From positions 1 to 55,795 of IMG/VR virus record IMGVR_UViG_3300007640_000041: 55,795 bases of DNA. One strand, 5' to 3'. How positions within the stretch are numbered: position 1 is the stretch's first letter; every line of letters begins with the position of its first letter. Positions 27,152 to 36,900 of the stretch are shown here, piece after piece. The notes beneath the pieces were generated by a model. That model had not been told where the DNA came from and searched no databases. It was given only the letters and a program-made list of their open reading frames with translations. The position numbers and the translations under genes are program-made. This DNA is from a virus. Taxonomy: Duplodnaviria > Caudoviricetes.

Positions 27152-30100
27152 TAGATAAGCTAGTACCAAGGGAATTTAAGTCTGATCAAGATGAAAGGCT
27201 GACTCCACCTACCGCGTTCATAGATGCACTAAACATTACCGTTGATACAGACAATGACGGGAATTCTGGTGTTGTAAAGAACGTAAAAGGAACTTCAGTA
27301 GTAACTGACGCAACAGGTATAGACTACAGCGGAGAAACAATCGAGGTTATTGGGACTTGTAGGGATAACGAGAGAGGGAGAACCTACATATTTGTTTATT
27401 GCGGGACTTCAAGTAAAAACGCAATACTTCAGTACGAAGATGAGCGCAACGAACTTACCACTGTTCTTTCTGATTCTACGCTGACCTTCTCTTCAAACTC
27501 ATGGGTTTCTTCGTCAGTTGTAAATGGTAATTTTAGGTCAGACGGAACAAGAAGCATTCTTTATTTTACCGACGACATAAACGAGCCTAGAAAGATCGAT
27601 ATTGACGCAAAGGATGAGTTTGTTAACGATGGACTGAGTGCTTCGCAAAGAATAAGTAAGCTTTCGGTCATGAAGTCTTTGGGGGTTAGGCCTCCAACCG
27701 CAAAGTTTTATTACGATCCAGATATAGGGTATTCAAATTTTCGAAAGGGATCTTTTCAGTTTGCCCTACAATACATATACAAAGACGGTGAGGTCTCTTC
27801 TATTAGCCCGTACTCTAAATATGTATACCTCAAAGAAAGGCATGATTCATCTTTGCCGACTTCGAAGTACCCAAATGTGTGCTCTATAACTCTTCCTTAC
27901 TTCACCATAGACAAGGACTTGCTTAAAATAAGACTTCTTTTTAGAGAGAACAATGGGGCCGAGGTTAGTCCATTTAGAATCATTGAAGAATTCAACCCAA
28001 GATCCTCTATATCTAGGAATGTAGGTGATGTAGCTAACTTTTCTGTATTTGAAGCCTACTCTAATGTATATCGCTTCATAAACGACGGATATGCTGGGAT
28101 TGTTCCATCCACTCAGGAGGACAACCCTTTTTCCGCAGTGCCTAGGAGGGCAAAAAATCAATCTGTATCTGGGAGTCGCCTTATTTATGGAAACTACGTG
28201 GAGGGATTCCCAAACCTTGGAGACCCAGACGGTATTGATGGTTTTAGCGGAGAAAAACCAAATGTTGCTATTAGTGTAACATATTCTGACGAGCCAACTG
28301 GAAATGAGACCCTGTATTATGGTCCTTTGTATTACGATGGAACTAGCTCCTCGCAAGCAACAACCACAAGTGGATCTGGTCCGACCCTAATCACACCGTG
28401 GGTAACTATTACAAGCGGAACAAACACTGTCACACCAGACGTTAACGATGGCCCTAACATATACATTGCTGACGGTCTTACCTCGTCTTATGATGCTCCA
28501 AATACATTCTCGTTTAATTTCGAAATTCCAGTTACGTCTTCATTTCATTTGTTCGATGTAGGCACCTCTGGCAACAAGTTTGTGTCTGTGACTGCAAACG
28601 GTGATACGATAGATATAGACTCCCTTTCGGAAGTAATAATAGATCAGGCCAGCTTTTTCGCAGAGAAGACTATTGACGACACAGAAACCATTACACAAAT
28701 TGTTTCAGATTTAAATTTTCAGCTTGAAAGCCAGAGCTTTCAGCGTGATTTTATAGATGTACCAGTTACCGTTGGGACGACTGATTACGAGATAACTGGA
28801 GTGTATACAGTTCTTCCAAAGCTTTTTGTTATAGACAGCGACGTCTTGTCGTTTAGATTCGTCATAAAAAGCGTATCAGTAACTACTGTAAAGGAAATTA
28901 CAGGAAGCGGACCTCTCGATTTTGAGGTTCATCCAATTACAAGTCAAACCTCTGGTCTTGGTCTGGTTGGACTTTATCTGGGATCTTGGGGGGTTTCGAC
29001 TACATCTGTAGGCAACTGGCCTCACGAAAACAGATCGTTTACTGTTGAATCTATTGCCGTTTCTTCGAGCTTTACTGGCGGATCTAATCACTCGTTTGCG
29101 TTTGCATACATAGATAAATATGGGAGGTACGGTTCTGCGCAAGAGGTTGGGTCTGTGTATGTACATCCAGTAGGATCACCAGAAAGAGTTGTTTCATCAA
29201 GCTTAAAAAACGGAAGAGCTTCAATAACCCTGTCTCCAAATCACAATCCTCCAGATTGGGCGAGTAGATACGCCGTCTTGTATGCGGGTCCAGATGACAT
29301 TGACGATTTGCATGATATATACGTAGACGATGCTACAAAGGTTGTACAAGAGACAAAATTTTTTGGCGGGAAAAAACCAACCTCAGTCTTTCTTGACATA
29401 TCATCTTACGTATCAAATCTAAGAGAAGACGGCATTGAGTTTAGTTCTGTATATTCTCGCCAAGATGGTGATGTGTTTAGAGTTATCTCTAGAAGGACCC
29501 ACACCATAAACGGCTCCTATACTGCTGGACCTGGAACAGGCCCAACCAACCTTCATTCCCTCTCTACGACAACAGAATATTTTAAGGATTTCACAGGTGA
29601 CTCTGCACTTGGAAACGACGGTGAGACTGTTGATCTTCCAATTATCTCTGTTTTAGAGATATCAGAGAACACTTCTAAAGAGGACTATCCATTTGCGCTA
29701 CCTATTTCGGGTGTAGTTAAAGGTGGTGTTTTTTTAGAGTTAGACGTAGACCCTAGCAATACTGTTTGGGGGTCTAGTTCTATTACCACGATTAGGGAGC
29801 ACATTCTTCAGGGTTCCGATCCATACCCAACGTTTGCGGACCAAATTACCGACAACAACGGATATGACGCAGACAATTCATACACTAACCCTCGCGTTGA
29901 TCATAACACGGTTTGGAAGGAGTTTTTTACTGACGGTGACTACACCCAAAACCACAGAAAGCCGCTACATAGAGACTCTGATTGGGATAAGGGAATTAGA
30001 GGTCAGATTATAAGTCCCAAAAAAAGAACTGCTGCTCGTGTGTATCATGAGATAGGCGTGTTTGAAACGATGACCGACAGGAGCGGATCTGGAAGTCCTC

Positions 30101-31899
30101 ATGGAACTCCTGTAACCCTGTTTGACGGTTACTCATGGATAAGAAGAATCCACTCTAATGACCCATTTGGCTCAAGAGAGCAAGTTGGCATTACTCCATA
30201 TATGGCCGACCCAGGTTGGGCAGAAACCGATTATTATGACGCTGGAGTCGGTTATTTAGACCAGACAAGGGTTGATGAAATAAATCTTTATGAGGGAGGG
30301 AGAGTCAGGCCAGTGGCAGACGAAGACAATCCAATATGCGAAAGCTTTTACACTTTTGCTGGGTCTTCTGAAAAAATAAGAAACATAGGCAGGCTCAACG
30401 TCGTGTCCGCCGAGGGTGAAAGAAGGCGTCCGTCTTCATTAATACACTCTCAGCCATACGGTTCAGAAACCCTATATAATTCTTTGCAAGAGTTTTTCTC
30501 TGTAGACTTTAAGGATCTAGACATTAACAACGGAGCAATAAATGCTATCTCTCCAGCGGATCAATACCTAATGGTTTTTCAGAACTCCAAGGTGTCAAGA
30601 GTTCCTGTGAATCGTAACATATTTCAAACCGCTGCTGGCCAAACGTCGCTCTCCTTGACAAATCAAGTCCTGGGCGCAGAGCAATCATTTAGCGGTGACT
30701 ATGGTGTATCTACAAACGGGTCTGCCGTCATAAATGTAGACGGGGTTGTATATTTTATAGATAAAAGCAGAAGATCCATTATAAAAATTTCGCAATCTGG
30801 GTTTGCTCCAATAAACACTATAGACATAAGCGAAAAAATAGAGAAAACGTTTAAGGACTCAGAAGCCAGCAACAAGAACTATGCTCTTGGATTCGACAGG
30901 GAGGCGAACTATGTGTATTTTACATTCCAAGCTGATTCCCCGTTTACTGGCGAGACCTATGGATATGATCACATAAAAAGTGCCTGGACGTCAAGATATA
31001 GCATGATACCTAACTCATATGCAAGATGTGAAAACGACTTGCTTTCATTTAAATACACGGATAGCGGAATATGTCACAGACATAACAACGATTCTCAAAG
31101 ATGTAATTTCTACGGAACTAATGAAAAATCTCATGTTACGGTTGTTTCCACAGCAAAAAATCCGTCGTCAATAAAGGTTTATAACGCATTAGGGGTTGAG
31201 TGTAACGCTCATAAAACCGTAGACGCAAGACCAAATGTTACAATCAGCAACTCTGTGGACCAAAGCGTGACTCTTTCCTGGAATAAGTTTTCTGAAAAAG
31301 AAGGCAGGATTTACGCAGAAATACCATCTGATGGGAGTAACCTTCAGCAAGCTCAGAAGACGGCTGACCTTACTGTAACGACAACTACGTGGAATGGACA
31401 CATTGTTCCGCTAGGAGTCGTAGACAGCCTTGATTCTAATAGATTTAATCTTAAATCTAAGGTTGATGCTCCAGTTCCTAAAAATCTAAACACATCCCTG
31501 GTTTGGTTTAATGGATCTGTGTGGGTTAGCATACTCAGTCCGCACATATTTGGAACGTCGGCAGACGTCACAGACGGATTTATAAACGGATCAAATATTA
31601 CGGGATCTGGGGTGGCCAACGGCAAGACGTACATTGAATCTAGCGGATTCTTTGGTACGTACGACTCATATATCCCAGCTAACGGAACCCCAGTTGGGTC
31701 TATGCTTGGTTATATTGTGACGGACCCTGATGATGTGTCTGACACAACTTATTCTGGAACTGAAATAAACCAACCCTACGGAGGTAAAAAAGTAAGAGAC
31801 TACTACGCAAACATTACTGTTGAGTCAAGAGCAAATGGTCAGCCCTTTGAATTGTATGCGGTCACTGTTGATGTGGACGAGTCTAAAATACATATGTAA
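27148..31899 (+). CDS. Tail stabilisation/nozzle protein (P22 gp10-like position)
   Basis: 1583 aa beta-rich; D.DERL, DALNI, LYFTDD.NEPRKI, FQFALQY.YKDGE.S..SP, RLIYGNY. Confidence 0.75.
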   Translation: MIDKLVPREFKSDQDERLTPPTAFIDALNITVDTDNDGNSGVVKNVKGTSVVTDATGIDYSGETIEVIGTCRDNERGRTYIFVYCGTSSKNAILQYEDERNELTTVLSDSTLTFSSNSWVSSSVVNGNFRSDGTRSILYFTDDINEPRKIDIDAKDEFVNDGLSASQRISKLSVMKSLGVRPPTAKFYYDPDIGYSNFRKGSFQFALQYIYKDGEVSSISPYSKYVYLKERHDSSLPTSKYPNVCSITLPYFTIDKDLLKIRLLFRENNGAEVSPFRIIEEFNPRSSISRNVGDVANFSVFEAYSNVYRFINDGYAGIVPSTQEDNPFSAVPRRAKNQSVSGSRLIYGNYVEGFPNLGDPDGIDGFSGEKPNVAISVTYSDEPTGNETLYYGPLYYDGTSSSQATTTSGSGPTLITPWVTITSGTNTVTPDVNDGPNIYIADGLTSSYDAPNTFSFNFEIPVTSSFHLFDVGTSGNKFVSVTANGDTIDIDSLSEVIIDQASFFAEKTIDDTETITQIVSDLNFQLESQSFQRDFIDVPVTVGTTDYEITGVYTVLPKLFVIDSDVLSFRFVIKSVSVTTVKEITGSGPLDFEVHPITSQTSGLGLVGLYLGSWGVSTTSVGNWPHENRSFTVESIAVSSSFTGGSNHSFAFAYIDKYGRYGSAQEVGSVYVHPVGSPERVVSSSLKNGRASITLSPNHNPPDWASRYAVLYAGPDDIDDLHDIYVDDATKVVQETKFFGGKKPTSVFLDISSYVSNLREDGIEFSSVYSRQDGDVFRVISRRTHTINGSYTAGPGTGPTNLHSLSTTTEYFKDFTGDSALGNDGETVDLPIISVLEISENTSKEDYPFALPISGVVKGGVFLELDVDPSNTVWGSSSITTIREHILQGSDPYPTFADQITDNNGYDADNSYTNPRVDHNTVWKEFFTDGDYTQNHRKPLHRDSDWDKGIRGQIISPKKRTAARVYHEIGVFETMTDRSGSGSPHGTPVTLFDGYSWIRRIHSNDPFGSREQVGITPYMADPGWAETDYYDAGVGYLDQTRVDEINLYEGGRVRPVADEDNPICESFYTFAGSSEKIRNIGRLNVVSAEGERRRPSSLIHSQPYGSETLYNSLQEFFSVDFKDLDINNGAINAISPADQYLMVFQNSKVSRVPVNRNIFQTAAGQTSLSLTNQVLGAEQSFSGDYGVSTNGSAVINVDGVVYFIDKSRRSIIKISQSGFAPINTIDISEKIEKTFKDSEASNKNYALGFDREANYVYFTFQADSPFTGETYGYDHIKSAWTSRYSMIPNSYARCENDLLSFKYTDSGICHRHNNDSQRCNFYGTNEKSHVTVVSTAKNPSSIKVYNALGVECNAHKTVDARPNVTISNSVDQSVTLSWNKFSEKEGRIYAEIPSDGSNLQQAQKTADLTVTTTTWNGHIVPLGVVDSLDSNRFNLKSKVDAPVPKNLNTSLVWFNGSVWVSILSPHIFGTSADVTDGFINGSNITGSGVANGKTYIESSGFFGTYDSYIPANGTPVGSMLGYIVTDPDDVSDTTYSGTEINQPYGGKKVRDYYANITVESRANGQPFELYAVTVDVDESKIHM

Positions 31900-31910
31900 C
31901 AACGAATTAG

Positions 31911-31919
31911 TATATTTGC
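31911..31919 (+). promoter_or_regulatory. Late promoter core TATATTTGC
   Basis: Core G is 4 nt before ATG 31923. Confidence 0.75.
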
Positions 31920-31922
31920 AAT

Positions 31923-32855
31923 ATGATAGATCCAGTATCAATAGGGCTTATGGGGGTAGATCTCGTTTCTAGCGGGATAAACTACTTTCGTGGCAAGCAG
32001 GATTTGCGAAGGCTTGAAGGCGACCTCGCCGCTATGGGCGACTCACCTAATTACACTCTTTCTGGAGATTATGACAGAATGGTGAATATGGCTCTCAATG
32101 CCCCTCAGACAGGTTTGTCTATGGCGGAGCGAGCCTATGGTGATCAGGCTGCCGCAGCTGGGGCTTACGGATCTAGAGGTCTCGGTTCTTTGAACGCAGC
32201 CAGCAGAAATCTTGCCGCAACTACAGCCGACCTTGAGGCCCAGAGACTTAATAAAATCCAAGGAGCTATAGGTACTAGGGCTGGGGCTGAGCAACAGGTT
32301 ATGAACGCAAATGTGGGGCAAGACATAAGAGATTACAACGTAGAAAGAAACCGACTCCTTGAAGAAAAAGCGGCAGCGCAAGAAGCTGTAAACGCTGGAA
32401 TTACTGGTGCGCTAAACCTTGGCGGCGGGGCTGTGTCTGGACTCGCTGGAGGACTTATGAACATTGGCGGTGATGGCGGCTTTCTAGGAGGCCTTGGTAC
32501 TGGGCTTGAGGGGTATCTAAACCCAACTCAGATTCCAATTCCAGCTAGCGCAAAAGGAACAAAAACTGCTAAAAATGCATTTGTCAGTGATGGCCCTGAA
32601 AATCACGATAAAAACGAATACCTCATTGCGAGAATGGTGAAAACCGCGTCTGGCGGCATGAAGCTTGAGCCAGTAGCTACGTCTACGGGGGGGGAGCTGC
32701 ATCAAGAAACTAATGACGGTGAGATCTCTGTGCTAAATTCAAATCAAGTATCTTCCGTTCAGGACGGGTATGAGGATTACAAAAGAACTGGAAAGGTTGC
32801 AAGACTTATAGAGGCCGCTAGGAATATCTTTGAACTTCCTCAATTCAAGAAATAA
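31923..32855 (+). CDS. Internal virion/ejection protein (Gly/Ala-rich)
   Basis: MIDPVSIGL start, coiled region, Gly-rich hydrophobic segment. Confidence 0.65.
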   Translation: MIDPVSIGLMGVDLVSSGINYFRGKQDLRRLEGDLAAMGDSPNYTLSGDYDRMVNMALNAPQTGLSMAERAYGDQAAAAGAYGSRGLGSLNAASRNLAATTADLEAQRLNKIQGAIGTRAGAEQQVMNANVGQDIRDYNVERNRLLEEKAAAQEAVNAGITGALNLGGGAVSGLAGGLMNIGGDGGFLGGLGTGLEGYLNPTQIPIPASAKGTKTAKNAFVSDGPENHDKNEYLIARMVKTASGGMKLEPVATSTGGELHQETNDGEISVLNSNQVSSVQDGYEDYKRTGKVARLIEAARNIFELPQFKK

Positions 32856-33913
32856 TGGCTTACGGCACGTCACAAGCAAGGGGAATTATTGGAGATCCTT
32901 CAGCGCAAGCTAGAGGTAGAAGAGCATTCACAGAACAGCAGTCAAGGCAGGCTGAAGAAAATCTCGCAAAAAGAAGGGAAGAGCGTCAAAAGTCCAAAGA
33001 AGAAAAGCCAATGAAGGACGTTCCGCTTAGAAAGTGGAAAGACCATAAGAACGTTCTTAAAGACATGGCTAAAGAGCTGAAGCTTGCTAAGAAGCAATGG
33101 CTTGACATGCCAGAAGGTGATGCAAGAAACGCCGCTATTGATGCATGGAGAGACGGAATGGGGGCGTACCAGGAGACCTCTGCCACGTTGCAACAGCAGA
33201 GAAATGTAGCACAGCAAAACTGGGAAAATGCTGTCGAAGAGATGCAGGGTCTTGAGGGGTCTGATGTATACGGAGGCGAGGTTGGTGGTATGTTTAATAA
33301 GAAGTACAGCACTGCGGCTGAGGAGTACAGAAGACTTAGGAACGGCGGAAATATTGAGCTTGGAGAGTGGAACATTGGAGACCCGCCAGTGTTTAAAACG
33401 CGTGCGCAAAAGATTAATGCAGCCGACCAGCCAGTAGACGCGGAAGGCAACGTTCTTTTGGATGCAAACGGAAAGCCTGTCCAGCAGTATGAACTCGAAG
33501 GATTCGGTGATTTTACCGAGGGTACGCTAGATCAGTCTCCGTATTTGCTTGGGACAAGTCAATACAAGTTTGCTGGTAAGAGCTACGCAGACTCCGCTGG
33601 AGTAACCGCCTTTAACATGGGTGACGCAAGATCTAAAGGCGTTCTATCTCAGTCTGAAATACAGGCAGGAATTGGGGCAGACGGATACGAAGCTCTTGAC
33701 AGAGGGCAGACAGAGGAGCTTTCTGGGCCCAACTTCAACGATGCTTTTTATGAGGCGAGAGATCAGATGATGGGGCCTTTTAATGGATTGGACCAGGCTG
33801 GCGGCAATCCTCCAGCAGGGGCCTTGCAAAATGCAATGAACGCAAGGGGCTATGCTCAGGGCGGCAATACTGGTCGGAAGAAGTACGACATCAACGGAAA
33901 CCGAATTGCGTGA
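32855..33913 (+). CDS. Internal virion/ejection protein
   Basis: 352 aa helical; coupled to upstream gene, precedes the giant protein. Confidence 0.6.
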   Translation: MAYGTSQARGIIGDPSAQARGRRAFTEQQSRQAEENLAKRREERQKSKEEKPMKDVPLRKWKDHKNVLKDMAKELKLAKKQWLDMPEGDARNAAIDAWRDGMGAYQETSATLQQQRNVAQQNWENAVEEMQGLEGSDVYGGEVGGMFNKKYSTAAEEYRRLRNGGNIELGEWNIGDPPVFKTRAQKINAADQPVDAEGNVLLDANGKPVQQYELEGFGDFTEGTLDQSPYLLGTSQYKFAGKSYADSAGVTAFNMGDARSKGVLSQSEIQAGIGADGYEALDRGQTEELSGPNFNDAFYEARDQMMGPFNGLDQAGGNPPAGALQNAMNARGYAQGGNTGRKKYDINGNRIA

Positions 33914-33920
33914 CAATCCT

Positions 33921-33929
33921 TATATTTGC
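33921..33929 (+). promoter_or_regulatory. Late promoter core TATATTTGC
   Basis: Ahead of giant gene. Confidence 0.75.
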
Positions 33930-33945
33930 GTAAATAAGCGCAAAT

Positions 33946-36900
33946 ATGAACGATCAGTACATTCAGCTAATTGAGGATTACCTCGCAAAAGGTGTAGCTC
34001 ATCCAGATATTATTGAAAATCTTGGAAACGACGTAAGCGATGATGCTGCGAAGTTTGCTGCTGATTATCTAAAAAAAAAAGATCAGCCAGAGCAGGGTGG
34101 AGGCTCGGAATCAACCTTGGACCCCTCTTTATCGGAATCTGCTGGCGCTGATCAGATGCTTGACCCGTTCGGCAGACCTATTACGGTTGGCCTAAAGGGT
34201 GTAGACATTGTAGCGGAAAAAGAGCTCTCTCAGGAGATGGTCGGCAAATACGGTCTTGAGGCCGCAGCCAACGACTATACAACTAGAGCAGATAGATTTA
34301 ATGGGCTTGAGTCTCTTGAGCAGCAGTTGGCGTTTTTCAAAGACGAGAAGAACGTTAGGTATTTCCCCGAAGTCTACAAAGAGGTGGAAAAGCAGGGCCG
34401 AACGCTCGCCCTAAACAAAGACTTGGATGATGCGGAAACTCTTGCCGATGTGGAGCAGGCGTTTGAGGATGCTGGATTTAGCTCGGAAGAATACGCAGAT
34501 TGGCTGGAAAAAACAAAAGCTGAAAATCCGTTTGTTATAAAATCGCTTCAAGCAGAAGAAGAGTACAGAGCTCGCTTTGGAGCCCCAGCTAAGGGAGAAT
34601 ACGACTTGTCAGAAATCTACAATCAGCTTTCTGAAAAAAGAAACAAACTTATAGCTGAAAAAGAAAAGGTTGTTCAGCTTTGGCAGCAAAAATTTAAAGA
34701 AGGGTATTTCGGTACCGACCTTAGGTTTTTGACGGCCCAAATAGAGACCCTCAAAGAATCTGCTTCAGAGGCGCTTGGTCAAATGGACTACGCTCTCGAA
34801 GAGATGAAGCGCGAACGGGATGAGGATGGTAAAAAACTAAAGGACAGCCTTCCAGAAGATTCCTACAGCATATACGAAACGTACAATAACGCATACTCTG
34901 TTGCAATATCTAAAGAGGTAGAGCAGCTTATTAAAAACGCAAAAGGAGATCAGTACGACCCAGCAGAAACCCAATATGTCCTTTCTCAAATGATGAGAGG
35001 GGATATGACCCTAAATCAAGCAATACAGGAATACTACCCAGACCTTGTTTATGGTGAATCTGGCGTCGAATTTACTGCTCAGCAGATAAGAAACAGAGTT
35101 CAGGAAGAAGCCTCCAACGCGGCTCGCGAGCAATTCAGCTCTATCGGAAAGCCTGAAGACGCCACGAGAATAGAAAGAGACCTTAAGGGGATTTTGTCAG
35201 TAGACTTCAACGATGACGGTTATGTGGCCCCCATGGACATTTTTGACTCGTATCTGGCTAAAATACCTCTTAACTCACGAGGTTTTACTGTTGGCGGGCT
35301 TCTTAGAAACTTTAGCCCAGGCACTGTTAATGCAGTGAGGGCCGTGTACGAACCAATAGAAAAGGCTGTTACTGCGACCGCAATGATGGTTGGGGACGCG
35401 GGCGGCGGAGCTTGGCAATTCGTAGAGCAACTCGGAAACAACCTCCTTATTGACATGGATGGCGCTGATGAGTTTACGGACTACATGGCGGAGTGGAAGC
35501 GCGAATTTGAAGAGAAGGGGACATACTTTGTCCCAAAGCCAGGTGGTCGCCTTGGATTTGAGTCCACGGTAAATCAAGCCGCCTATAGCTTGCCATTCTC
35601 TATTATTCAGTTCGCCCTAAAGAGAAACCCATACGTTGCTAGTGCAATGCTTATGACTGGATTGTCCCATGACTTGCACGCCAGAAATAAGGATAATGAT
35701 TGGTACAAGGCCATGTCTGAGACCGAAAGACTTGTTTGGCTTGCGGGGCACACTGGGTCAGAATTTGGATTTGAGTACCTCGGAAACAGGCTTCTTTTTA
35801 AGAGCGGATCTAATCTTGTTGGGCCCTCAACTGGAAGGTCTTTTCTTGGAGAGTCTTTGTACAAGGGAGGGCAGTTCGCTAAAGGCACGGCTGGAGAGAT
35901 AGGCACCGAACTTTTGACCTTGTTTTCGGGCAACGCGCTAGACAACATGATGCTGACCGACTACGGTGTAGCAGCAAAGCCGATATTTGACGCCACTGAA
36001 ATCATGAACACGATTCAGGTCGCTGGAGTGACATCAGGCGTAATTCAGGGTCCAGTGGCTGGAATGGCATACGCTCAGAACCTGAGAGATGTAAAAGACC
36101 TTAGACTTGGTATCGACGAAGAAATCTCTAAGCTCAGAGATCCAAACCTCACGGAAGAGCAGTCCCTTGATATAATTAAGGGGATTATGGCAAAGCAATC
36201 AAAGCTTGCTGCCAAGTTCACAGATATGACGGAGTACGGGCAGTGGATGAAGGAAAACTTCTCTGATCAGTACGACGCTATGATGGCGCACTCTGGTCAG
36301 ATTGAAGCTATACTAAAGGAGCTTAAGGATCCAAACACCACGCAGGCCAGAGTAAGCGTACTTAAGAGCAAGCTTGCCACAGCCATGAACAATGAATATC
36401 AGGCTAGCTTTGTTGGCTTAAACAAATACCTCGGAGAGCAGGCTAAGACCATGCCAGAGGACCGACTCAAAGCGAGAATTCAGTCTAAATCTGGGGAACT
36501 CGACGAGCTTAAGGCTGAAAAGGCTGAGCTTGAACAAAGAAAAAGAGATGGGGAAGATGTCAGTAATGCTATCGCCCTTGTGGACGATAAAATCACTCAC
36601 GTCTCTGGTGCTTTAACGCAAATGCAAGAAGCCAAGTCAGCTCTTGAGGCGGCCCAAGAGGAAGGTGCGACAAAAGAAGAGGTTGCGGCTGGATTTAAGG
36701 CTGCTAACTACGTCACTAAATCCGAAGCTCAAGAGCAGATGTTGCGTCTTGCGAAGTTTGCTGGCAAGGAAATTTCTAGCGAAACACTTCAAGCAACAGA
36801 ATCGTTGAACGTTACAGAAGACTCGGTCTACATGCTGGACAAAGACGGCAATGTGATCGACATGTTCGTGCACGCAGACAAAAAGTCTGAACTTGGAGTC

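Noticed and set aside
35200-35470. DFNDDG and DMDGAD as RNAP catalytic loop
   Set aside because: Neither fits DxDxD spacing or the surrounding context
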